Source of the DNA: Hemiscyllium ocellatum
Taxonomy: Eukaryota
Direction: 5' to 3'
Assembly (NCBI RefSeq): GCF_020745735.1
Contig: NC_083411.1
Location: 95,218,328-95,282,327, forward strand
Length of the DNA stretch: 64,000 bases
In this document: positions 12,445 through 23,447 of the stretch, piece after piece
Numbering within the stretch: position 1 is the stretch's first letter
Layout: every line of letters starts with the position of its first letter
Notes under the pieces: model-generated
What the model saw: only the letters and a program-made list of their open reading frames with translations
Databases searched by the model: none
Told to the model about the DNA's origin: nothing
Program-made: the position numbers and the translations under genes

Positions 12445-12935
12445 ACACAGCACCAACCCATGCAATACACTGCTAGTCACAGGCTTCCAGTCTGAAAAAC
12501 AAGTCTCCAACCTCCTAGACAACTTTGTATCCAAATGGTTAGTTCTCCTTGTATTCTATGTAATTACCCTTGTTAACTAGTCTAACATGTGGAACTTGTC
12601 AAACACCTTCCTGAAGTCCATGCAGACAACATCCAACATTGCCTTCAATTCACTTCAAAAACCTCAAGTTAGAGACATTACTTTCCATACAAAGCCATGT
12701 TGATTACCTTTAAATCAGTCCTTGTCTTTCCAAATACATGTAAATCCTGACCTTCAGGAATCCCTCCAACAACTTGCCCACCACTGATGTTAAGCTCACC
12801 AGTGCATAGTTCCTGGCTTTTTCCTCACCATCCTTAAGTATGGCACCACTTTAGCCAACCTCCAGATCTTCTAGCACCTCATCTGTGGTGATAAGTGATA
12901 CAAATAGCTCAGCAAGGGTCCCAAACAAATCACTT
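12445..12935 (-). mobile_element. CR1 RT-region fragment with multiple small deletions
   Basis: Similar to 29200-29720 (TCCAGTCTGAAAAACAA, CCTTGTCTTTCCAAATACATG, AACAACTTGCCCACCACTGATG). Confidence 0.85.
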
Positions 12936-13391
12936 TGGAGCTCTTAAGCAGTTCAGCTGCTTAAATTCCTTCCCAAAATTAACCTTTTGTTTGTCACAAG
13001 TCAGGGACATCCCATGAATGAGAAAAATGCACAAGGACATCCCTGAAGAAGTCTGTGCAGTAATAAACAAAGTCAAACATAATCCACCTTCCTGCACAGA
13101 TACAGGTTGGTCTTCAGGGGATATTAACCAAAATCCAATACAAGCCCACTGATTCCTACACTTCCTGCCACTCCAATCCCTCACTTCCTTCATCTTCAGC
13201 ACACTATTAATGATGCAAACTCATTAATGACCTGAGCACATCTTTAAGATTTCAAAACCTCATCTAATTATAGCCTTAATGTCATGATCAATATGTTAGA
13301 TGTGGGCTCCATTGATCCTTTTGGTACAGTAATATAAATGTGGAGTTAGTGAGGAAAAATTCAAAGTCTTATTGCTATTGCATGAACTAGA

Positions 13392-13675
13392 GGGCAGTAG
13401 CAGTCAGCACTACCACCTCAGCACCAGCAATCTGGGTTCAATTCCCCACTCAGGCAATTGTGTGGAGTTTGCACATTCTCCACATGTGCATGGGTTTCCT
13501 CCCACAGTATAAAATGTACAGGTCAGATGGATTGGCTATGCCAAATTGCCTATAGTATCAGGGATGTGCAGGCCAGGTGAACTAGCCATGGAAAATGCAG
13601 GGTTAGAGGGATGGGGTCTTGTTTTGGGCGAGATGCTGTTCAGAGAGTTAGTGTGGATTTGATGGGCCAAATGGT
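13392..13675 (+). mobile_element. HE1-type V-SINE (diverged)
   Basis: tRNA-like head (GGGTTCAATTCC B-box), V-domain TGTGTGGAGTTTGCACATTCTCC, CR1-like tail. Confidence 0.85.
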
Positions 13676-14929
13676 GACCTAAGATGGAGTGAAATTGCTA
13701 CTTGCTTTCTGACTGGAGAAAAGCTGCCAGCAATAGAGAGAAATGCATAATTTGTCTTTATTTTTAAAAGAACTTTACATGTTCCTCCTGAACGCCCAAG
13801 GCAAGTTTGGGCCTCTGTTCAAGGATTCACTAGTCTTGATCATGACATGCTGTGCTTCTATCACCTCACTAGTGCTCGAAGGAAGCATTTCTCTGGTTAG
13901 TTTCCACCCTGCCTTGGCTTCAGATAGGAGAAAACAGAACCAGATTTGGAATGCTTATAGCCTCATTAGTCAGGCAGATACCATCCATGTTTACTTGCTG
14001 GGTTAGTGTGCAAGGCTTATTTGTTTTAATCCAAATCAAGTTACATTAAATCCCTTGGGTTTTCACAAGATACAAGCCTTTAAAAGGTCAGCACTTAATA
14101 GCAGGCAGTCATTTTAACCCCAAATTAAATGTCCAATCTGCTCTGTAAAAATTCCATGGATCAGGATCTCAAACACCAAATAAGAGGTTCATCCATCTTA
14201 CTGGGACGCCTCTTAAATCTGCTAAACAGTCATGCAATTGACCATTCCTTTAATAAATTCCAAACAACTCTAAGCTTAGAATTTACTGCATTTGCACTTA
14301 ATGTTGTGGGTGAGTTTCATGATATCCAGCACATTACAGTAAATTCTTTGATGCAGTTTTCAAATTTTTCTCACCTAATTATACAACCAGAAGTGTTCAG
14401 AAATAGAGTGGTGAGCAGCATCGCTGGGACCTTCTGGCTGACCAAGCAAGCTCTGGGCCCATATTTAAGCTCAGTTGCACACCACTTCACAGGTGGAAAC
14501 CAATAAAGTCTCTTCCTTTGTTGTCTGCCAAATGAAGCCACAACAGACTGAGCCAGCCTAGACAGGAAACGTAGCATGAGTCAGTGGCCATGTCTTGTAT
14601 CAAAAGGGACATTCAGCAATGCTGCAAGGTCAGTAAACTCTTAGTCCACTAGGGCAAGTGCCACCATCATCTCTACGCTATCACATATGCATGTCACCAA
14701 GACTGATGGATAATGACCCTAAACTTACACAAGTTATAAACCTACCAGGATTCTCATCTCCCAAAATCATAACCCTCCCTGCTCTTTGTATGAAGTACAA
14801 TGGGATGTAAAATGTAGGAAGCTTGATTGCCACTGAAATCTTGTAGGACTTGCCTTACATTGGGTACAAGGTCTTTCCACCTCAGGGTTGAAAAGTGTTT
14901 ACAGGAGGTCTTAGTTATTCTATTTAATA

Positions 14930-15270
14930 GATAAACAAATTACAATGAGGAACATGCTAATTGATACATAAAATTCTTAAGTGCTTGACAGGGTAAATAC
15001 AGGAGATTCATGCAATTGACTGGAAGGACAGTCTTAGGAAAAAGAAGCAAATTATATGGCTGCATGACAACAAATCTCTTCAGTCAGAATAGTAATGATT
15101 ATTTTGAATTATTTATCCCAGTGGACAAAATTATTGAATACATTTAAAGCCAAGACATGGATATTGTCCACTCAAGGGATGGGGATGTTAGGAAGAAGAA
15201 AACAGGTGGGAAAAAGTGTTGATAGATAACCAGCCAGGAACCTAGTGGTTCCAGAGCATCTTTGAAAGGC
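14930..15270 (+). mobile_element. Old CR1 3' fragment
   Basis: Decayed ORF2 C-terminus (ACATAAAATTCTTAAG..GACAGGGTAAAT..TTGAATACATTTAAAG). Confidence 0.55.
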
Positions 15271-16399
15271 CATATGGTTAACAAATATCTATGGCTTTTA
15301 TATTTATGCTTTAAAATGTCAGAGGGATGACAAAAGCCTTTCATTTATTAGACATTGAAGCATAAATCTTAACAAGTAATGGTGCAATTTTCAATGTGAG
15401 GGTGTCTTGGCTATATCTGATCCACTCCATTGAACATGCATTTATCATAACTTCCCAGCTTATTGGAAGTCTGCAGGATGTGTTTTAGGGCTAGGGAATG
15501 CTATGGTTGACCAAGGGTGGTAAGTAATCATTAACCCCCACTGTCACTCAAACACTAGTTATCAGACTATAGAAAAACAACTCTGCTGAAATCAGTGGAC
15601 CAGGACAACATTCCACACATACAGCATTATATTTTTTTTTGAATGGGAGGAATGATGGGAAAAGTATAGAGAGAAAATTTAAGCTGTGATTTCTGAAGTA
15701 CATCAATGCACTTTTGCATCAGATTCAATTATTATCTCCTTTGAGCAAAAAAGAGGATTCTATCAGAATTATGGGTATACAATTTTTCAATAGCCCAAGT
15801 ACTACTGTAATGACAAGTTTATAGAAAGTCAAACAGACCTGTAACTAACACCATGCTATTTTAATAATGAATCTAACAACTTTTCCTTCAAAACATCCTG
15901 TCTCTCAGGTTTAGTTTCTTTCACCACTACTGAAAGACAAAAATCCTAACATTGGAATTTCATACTGAGCCATTTTTTTTTTTTAAAAAAAGTACTAACT
16001 TTTTCCATTCAAGCTGTGGAAATACAGAAATAACGCTTCCATATGCCCCTTAGTAAACTTCTCTTAAAAAAAGGTAGTTTACAAAAAGTTTTAATTAAAG
16101 CTGGCCACACAATAATTCATCACCAATACACCATTCTGAAGTTTCTCTGTTCTTGTTTTTTTTTAAAAAAAAGCTCTTACCTTCATCCGTCAGTGAACAC
16201 GTTCTCAGCCAACAGTCTGTGTTTATCACTCCCTCCTCGTATTGCTTTCCCTTCAGCTGCCTAACTAGCAGCGATATGAAAGAAACCGAGTTGCTTTACT
16301 CCGCTCCGGTATCCCAGTACAGGAGATTTTTCGAACTGCGCTCATTCAGTTCATTGTATCATCCACCCCATTCCCATTCTTATCAGCAAATGGCAAGAC

Positions 16400-16820
16400 G
16401 GGAGCAAAGATACACAGCCCAAAGCTCAGTGACCAGTTTCCCAGGGGGGCACGTGATTTAAAGCTGCTGGAATGATTTTCATCTCCCGAGCAGCTGGGAT
16501 CAATTAAAATACTGCTTCACTGCAGTTGGCTGGGCCACGGATATCCTCCCACCCTTTACTGATTGCCTTTTCCTAGTTCGAGCTCTGTAGGAAGCACCAA
16601 CATTCTTTGTGCTATTAATCTAACTGTCTGGAAACACTCTGGGTTGTGGAAAACAATGGTATTCTCTTGCTGCTATATATGGTCACAGAGCATCCATTTC
16701 AGTAGTCTCAGAGGAAATCAATTTTTATACTGTTAGCAATCACTTTTTTTAATAAAGGAGATGCTACTGCCTAAAGCAATCGGCTGGAGCATTGTCAAGT
16801 GGGGGAATGGAGCAAAAAAA
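16400..16820 (-). promoter_or_regulatory. Candidate Pol II promoter
   Basis: Local CpG enrichment at 16180-16580. TTTAAA at 16457-16462 lies ~30 nt upstream of Inr-like TCACT (~16430, minus). E-box CACGTG at 16450-16455. GGAATG (TEAD/MCAT-like) near 16470 and 16805. Strong donor at 16180. Confidence 0.5.
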
Positions 16821-16959
16821 ATCTACTTTTTTCAATTTAATAAGTTTTTAAAAAAATATATATATTGCCCCTTCCAGATCATGTTGCTCTTTTTCACTCA
16901 CTGTAGCTGGCACTCTCATTGCTTAGTAAAAAGGTCATGGGCTGAAACCTCTTAGTGGT

Positions 16960-17335
16960 CACATGAGCATATAGCCTAGGCTAACACTTCACTGAAGTGG
17001 TGAGGGAGTGCTGTTCTGTCAGAGGTATTGTCTTTCAAATTATTTGATGCTATCAGAGGCTCTGTGTCCCCTCTCAGGTGGATATAAAAGATCCAAAAAA
17101 GTATGACTTCAAATAAAAGTAGAATTCTTCCCATTTATCTCTGATCCATCACCAAGCAGAAAACAAATTCTTCAGTCATTGTCCCAATGTGATCTTGTTT
17201 ACGTGACAGTTGGCTGCTCAATCTCAAATTATAACAATATCTACATGTTGAAAGTACTGGAGTCTGTAAATCGCAGTGGGACCTCCTGAGTTTGTGAAAG
17301 GCAAACTATAAATGGAAATCATTCTCTCTCTCTTT
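16960..17335 (+). mobile_element. SacSINE1/AmnSINE1-like DeuSINE
   Basis: GAGGGAGTGCTG..TGTCAGAGGT.., Deu-domain CCCTCTCAGGTGGATATAAAAGATCC, tail TGTGAAAGGC..TATAAATG..TCTCTCTCTTT. Confidence 0.75.
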
Positions 17336-17386
17336 CAGGTACAGTTCCACATTTCTATAGCTTAACCAAATTGGACATTCTTCAGG

Positions 17387-17587
17387 AGTCAAAGAGTGTG
17401 CTGCTGGAAAAGTACACCAGGTCAGGCAGCATCTGAGGAGCAGGAGAGTTGGCGTTTTGAGCATAAGCTCTTCATCAAGCTTATGCTCGAAAGGTCAACT
17501 CTCCTGCTCCTCAGATGCTGCCTGACCTGCTGTATTTTTCCAGCACCACACTCTTCGGCTCTGATCTCCAGCCCTCACTTTCTCCTC
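17387..17587. mobile_element. Fold-back Penelope-derived element with degenerate TSD
   Basis: Arms ~17386-17470 and ~17478-17562 are reverse complements meeting at CTTCATC|AAGCTTATGCTCGAAAG. TSD GGACATTCTTCAGG (17373-17386) versus GGATGTTCTTCATG (17588-17601). Confidence 0.85.
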
Positions 17588-18154
17588 GGATGTTCTTCAT
17601 GCTTTATTTCCATTACAAGTATCAATCAAACTTGTCGCAGGTTAACCCAATACCTACACTCATACTTAACTGCACAATACTGAGGGAATGTTTCCCTTCC
17701 CATGGCCATTAATGCTGTTTCAAGTATCTAAGAGAGGATCAGCTCAGTTTGCTCAGGCTAGCTGTTAAATCTGAGACCTTCAGGCCCTTTATCAGTTCTA
17801 ACTCATTTTGTGCACTTACCAGTTAACCCATTGGTTATGAGGCAGAGGGAGGAGGCAGTGGGGATTAGCGGGGGGAAGTTGGAGAGGGGTGCGATGTAAG
17901 ATTCATTGTTATTTTAAAGTTTATGATTTTTAAAAACCCTCAATGATGATAATATGCAGGGTCACACACCACTCAATCATATTTTCTAAATCCCAATATA
18001 AATACAGTCAAATGCAACTCCAACTCATAAATATATAGTAAGATATTTTGCTGCACACAGTTAAATGATACTTGTATATCTAGGGCTGAGATTACAAAGG
18101 ATATAGACTGGTGGAATGCTCAGAATCTCATGACTGCCAGATAGAGATTAGATG

Positions 18155-19030
18155 TCAGGGTGAAATTGTGATGACTGTCAGTCTCTTAACGTTCCTGACC
18201 TGCTTGGAAATCTACAATCATGAATAGCAGATGTTTTCACGTTCATCATTAAAGTACTGGAAACAAGATAGGGTGACCAAAGCTTTTGTCTTTAAGGCAT
18301 ATTTGTTTTTTCAGGCCAACATTCAATGTAACATGACATTTAATAGTAGATAATTAGTTAGACCTAATCTTCACCTCAATGTTTTGATTAGAACTTTACT
18401 GAAAGCGCAAGGTGATAATGGTGCAGCCAGGGAGATGGACATTGGGAACTGATTGAAAGGGCTTTTCCAATGAGATCTAAGAATTGAGAAATAAATACAT
18501 GAATGACTGAATAGGAGGATGCAGTAAAGGGGGAGAAAAAAAAAATAATCAATCAAGTACAGAAAGAGAAATAGAGGGAAAGAAGGATTGAATTAAGAGA
18601 AAGAGAGAAAAGGAAACAGAAAACATTTTATTTAAAAACTTGCCATTTTAAAAATATCCACAATTTATTCAAAATCTGAAGGAATGAGACTCCATGCTTA
18701 TATAAGTCATTTTCAGTGCTTAAAGTTTAATTGATATTCATTAACATTTATACTGCTGTTTATGCTGTAATAACATGGCCTAATTTTCTGTGTTGAGTTT
18801 ACACAGCAACTAATGGAAAAATCCAGGAAGATGCAAATAAAAGGGAAGCTGAGGGGAAGCTGACACCTTTACACAGCTAACACGGAAAAGATGTAAATTG
18901 GACAGCAGTTCTAGGAATTGACAATACATCCATTCCTCACTTAATATTGCTGTTTCATTTACATAAAAATAACCATGACATCCATTAGCTTTACTATTAT
19001 TTTGACTGCAAATTTTGACACTATTTAAGT
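18155..19030. repeat. Probable ancient unclassified interspersed repeat with a purine-rich core
   Basis: Purine-rich block plus AAAATCTGAAGGAATGAGACTCC, which I recall as recurrent in shark DNA. No second copy in this window. Confidence 0.3.
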
Positions 19031-19292
19031 CCATATTTCAATTAAATTCTGCACATTGCAACTTGCAAACTCAAAGATCGGTATCATGAACAATGTCGGC
19101 TTGTAGTGTGAAATGTAGTAGAATCACACAAGAAGTCCACAAAGGTCTGTCTCAACATCAAGAACAATTTGCTTCATCTTTGAATCAAGCTTCAGGCACA
19201 GGGATGAAAATCTCACAAGGCAGTGGTGAGTTGTCCATTAGGGAGGATTATTGTTTGTAAACAGCCATATTAACTCCAGAACTCCTAGCGGA

Positions 19293-19808
19293 AAGATGAT
19301 GTTGTGAAACCTGAAAGGGTTCAGAAAAGATTTACAAGGATGTTACCAGGGTTGGAGGATTTGAGCTATAGGGAGAGGCTGAATAGGTTGCGGCTGTTTT
19401 CCCTGGAGCGTCAGAGGTTGAGGGGTGACCTTATAGAAGTTTACAAAATAATAAGGGGCACGGATAGGATAAATAGACAAAGTCTTTTCCCTGGGATCGG
19501 GAAGTCCAGAACTACAGGGCATAGGTTTAGGGTGAGAGGAGAAAGATACAAAAGAGACCTAAGGGGCAACGTTTTCACACAGAGGGTGGTACGTGTATGG
19601 AATGAGCTGCCATAGGAAGTGGTAGAGGCTAGTACAATTGCAACATTTAAAAAGGCGTTTGGATGGGTATATGAATAGGAAGGGTTTGGAGGGATATGGG
19701 CCAGGTGCTGGCAGGTGGGACTAGATTAGGTTGGGATATCTGGTTGGCATGGACGGGTTGGACCAAAGGGTCTGCTTTCATGCTGTACATCTCTATCACT
19801 ATGACTAA
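19293..19808 (+). mobile_element. Young CR1 (HER1-type) 3' fragment
   Basis: ORF 19304-19615 ERVQKRFTRMLPGL..RLRGDLIEVYKI..VWNELP, followed by the 3' UTR and CTATGACT-type tail. Confidence 0.95.
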
Positions 19809-19809
19809 C

Positions 19810-20790
19810 TCACCTCATTAATAAGCAGCTGTCCATTGCTTGCTGGACTTGGTACAATCTGGATGTCAACAATTCTTGACATGGAAGTTAGAGCAGATAC
19901 CTGCTGATTTCAGCTCACCACTTGCTCCAAAGGACTTCCATGTTGAACAGCAAACAGCAGCATTTAAAGGTATACTCCATGGGCACTGACCTCAATCACC
20001 CCATGTTCACAGTCATCCAACAGGTACCAGCTACTACCAGCCCTCATGATAGATCTTCAAACCACTTAAAGGACACTTCTGCACATCCATACTGTACCTC
20101 AGGGTCTAACAACAACATTGGATGTAGTTCTGCAGATAGGACACTTTGTGCTCATGAACACATACCAGTTCATGGCGTGGATCAGACTGCATCTGTTAGA
20201 CTTGACTTACATCAAACTTACCTGATGCTCAAAGCATCCCTACCTTGCACTGTCTTGCCTAACCTTTTTTGGACCTTGCCCTTCATCCAGAGATACCAGA
20301 CTCTTAGTACTGTTGTAATGTCATATGTTTACCACAGTCAAAAGCCAGGAAGCTTGTCATGGTTGTCAGCTGACCTCAGTCAACTCACAGAACATATTCT
20401 TCTTGAGATGTTGGAGAAGAGATAATGGAGGAGGGGAAGAATGCTGGAGGAGTGGAGAAGGTCATTAACCTTCTTCATACAGTGTATTCCCCCAACCAGC
20501 TGAGACTGCATTGACTCAGACCAGGGTGATGACCCACAAAGCAGGACAGCATTTTTTTCCTATCTGCCATTTCCTGGGCAAACATCAGGAACCATGCAGG
20601 GTAGCTGGAGACAGTGCTTGTCTGGCTGCACAACAGCCCTGTAACATTGCCAATGGTACAAGGGAAGCTGGTGCATCCCAGAATATCCTAGTAGTGGCCC
20701 AACGTAGAATGGAGTGTGAATAGGATAAGAATGGCACCACAAGGGCAAAATTGTTGGCTAATGAGGTGAGATTAGTAAAGTGCATGGGGA
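19810..20790 (-). mobile_element. PIF/Harbinger remnant (Myb/SANT-like ORF)
   Basis: Minus translation at ~20452-20481 is CMKKVNDLLH, typical of the Harbinger Myb/SANT helix. Similar to 41780. Confidence 0.55.
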
Positions 20791-20894
20791 GAAGCCCTCC
20801 TGAAAACTTTACAAAACTGATACTTTTTCCAAAGAAAACCCTGAAGATTCAGCTGAAAGAGGTCTCTGTTTTGATTTAGGATGTAACAATCACA

Positions 20895-21250
20895 AAATTA
20901 TAGAGAATTACAATACAGAAGAAGACCAGTCAGCTCATTAGCACTGCATTTATATTTTTCCCCATGAGCGGTTATCCCCATTCACTTACAATGTTTCAAG
21001 AAACAATTTATTTCCTTTCGTTTAATTTCTGAGCACTTCTTTGAGAAAACTTTGTTGCACAGAATTCCACATTCTAACCATCCTCTGTGTAAAGCCCAGA
21101 CCTCTAATCACTTTTGTAATTACCTTAATTTGTATTCTAATGTTACTGTTTAACCAGCAAAGGGAAATATGTCCCTTCTTACTCTAAGGTCTTCACAATT
21201 AAAGAATTATGATAATCAGGCCATTGCTTATCCTTCTCAGGTCCAATGAG
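20895..21250 (-). mobile_element. Old CR1 3' fragment
   Basis: ACAATACAGAAGAAG tail and ATTCCACATTCTAACCATCCTCTGTGTAAAG (RMVRMWN motif on the minus strand). Confidence 0.65.
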
Positions 21251-21649
21251 AAAGTAAAAACCAAGAGAACTCCAGAAGCTGTAAATCCGGACCAGAAACA
21301 GCTGACAAAGCCCAGCAGGTCGGACAGCAACTTGTGTACCCTGTCATACCTTTCTTTGCAACAGCCATTCCTTCTAACATCTCAACTAAGTTATGCTGTC
21401 TATTTCCATTACTTTTATATCTATCCTATTAGAGGTGCTCAGTGCCTGTTATCTAACATCTTGAGCAACTTCAATATTAATACCTCGCTGAAACTTGGGA
21501 GCTCGGATTCCTGAGCACTTGTAGGGGTGCATGGTCATACCAAATGTCCATGGTATTAGAGCAGCAGCGGTGTAGGTGCTGGACTTTACCTCCCACCACC
21601 ACTGCATGCGAGTTTACCAGCAGAAAGGATTGCCCATGTCACATAGCAA

Positions 21650-21870
21650 GCCTGGGATTCAGGTGAATCTCACCAATAGGATCCCGGAGTGTAACTCATG
21701 AAGTAAATCGTTTTCTTTCGTCTTAAATAAGGCGCCCACGGGCATAATCGTAGTGTTATAGTGGAGGTCGGGGAATCCTGAGAACAAGGGAGATAGAGTG
21801 AATCCCGGGGGTGGGCTGCAGGAGAAAAGTACATAGTCCTTCTGAGAAGAGTCAATAACGCTTAAATGGT
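21650..21870 (+). promoter_or_regulatory. CpG-retaining island with CCAAT and TATA-like motifs
   Basis: About 9 CpGs in ~220 bp. CCAAT at 21673-21677 and TTAAATAA at 21723-21730. No repeat similarity recognised. Confidence 0.35.
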
Positions 21871-23355
21871 GTTGTTTCCACTCCTGCTTAAACGAATGAA
21901 ACCTTTGTACTCACTAAATTTCATAATCGCTAATGATTAAAAATATACTCCCCCATTTAACAGACAAAAATGTACAATGGAAACAGAGTTAGCTCATGCT
22001 TTTAGTCATGAAGACTTTAATAAAACGTCAATTGATTTGTTTAGCGTGGAATAACAGCAATAACAAGTCTATGACATTTATACAAGTGAAACTAGTCAAA
22101 GAGAAACAAATAATTATCTGCAGGGTTGGGTTTCTCAGGCCCCCAGAACTGAAAGGTCAGAGCTTGTGGGTCACAGGCTGGTTTTTAATAAACTGAGTTT
22201 ACATTCGGGATGATGATACTTTGGGGCAGCTGTAATCCCAAAATTACATGGGAGGAATTCACCATCATCAAGTTAAGATATCCTAAAATAGACCTATAAA
22301 CAAACAGTTTTTTTTTAAATATGAGAACATTTCAAGTAATTGTCAGTCTGATTTTTTTTTGTCCAGCAAGAGAGAGGTAAAGCAAAAAATGTATTTTAAC
22401 GTAATTTAAATCATCATGCATATTGTGGGCACACAGAAAGTAGTTTAGACTACTTATCTGGAAGACAATAAACCGGTCCGGTTTCAATGACTTCCACGAG
22501 GCACTGAACTCTTCTCTTTCAATTGAGGAACACTTCAGAAAAATGCACCTGCCCAACCCTCTCCATTTGAGATTTTGAAACAGCAGTTTTAATCAATCGT
22601 ACATGAAGTCAAATTGCTGCTCAGCAACAAATTGGATATTTAAGTGATGAGTTTCAGTCTCGGGGGCAATCTTGTCAGGAAGGCTTCTTAATAGCCCCTT
22701 TTTCTTAAAACAAAATCAATATCTTGTCAATAGGACCTCTTTTAAAGGGCGAGTCTTGACGCCACCATCCATAATTAAAGATTCGTAGATTTCTTATCAA
22801 GCATAACAATTCTTTGTTTCACTGTATTAAATTAATCCAATGTCTGTAAAGTTTTCTTTATTCAACATGTTTGTCATCTCAGGGAATAGGCTGGCAGGAA
22901 GCCTTCATTCTGACAGCATGAGAGAGCAGGATTAATATCTGAAGAGGCAAAGTAATTAATCTAAGGTGATTCTTTCATCAGTATAGATGCTAATTTGACT
23001 CCTTCACATTCTCAGTAATCCTGCTATCCAGTTTCTTAATGAGGTCATTAGCAAAATTGAGGAAAAAAAAATGTTAAAATGAATGCATCTATTTTTAGCC
23101 AGCTTTTCCATTGGGAATGATTGGTCATATACATTACTAAATAGGAATACTTAAGCCAAAACAAGTGGCCAAAATTCAGGGCAGTAAACAGCCAGTTTAG
23201 GACAGACATCTGGAATTATTTTGTTCCATAAAAGGCCTTCAGCAGCTGCAACAGGAGGTCAGATGGTGATTGATACCAGTACCATTCATTTAACAATGTG
23301 GTAAACAAACAGTCAGCAGAGACATTTCATGGAATCTTCTGCCTCTGTCTCATGA

Positions 23356-23447
23356 TGTAGATAAGCAGGAGGTTGGAAGAACACAGCAAGCCAAGCAGAA
23401 TCAGGAGGTGGAGAAGTCAACATTTCAGGTGTAACCCTTCTTCAGAA
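23356..23447 (-). mobile_element. Single-arm Penelope-derived insertion with hammerhead-like core and 11-bp TSD
   Basis: Minus strand CTGAAGAAGGGTTACACCTGAAATG. TSD CTGTCTCATGA at 23345-23355 and 23448-23458. Confidence 0.8.

Larger units (their letters stand above)
10230..16430 (-). ncRNA. Candidate spliced transcript (lncRNA or micropeptide gene); predicted exons 16181-~16430, 12124-12143, 11553-11583, 11258-11426, and from 10613 downward
   Basis: Donors on the minus strand: AAG|GTAAGA, AAG|GTAGGT, ATG|GTAAGG, AAA|GTAAGG. Pyrimidine-rich acceptors ending in CAG. AATAAA at 10541-10546 and 10250-10255 (minus). Only short ORFs. Confidence 0.4.

Noticed and set aside
19922-20425. 167-aa plus-strand ORF
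   Set aside because: Lies antisense within Harbinger debris; no start context or domain motifs.
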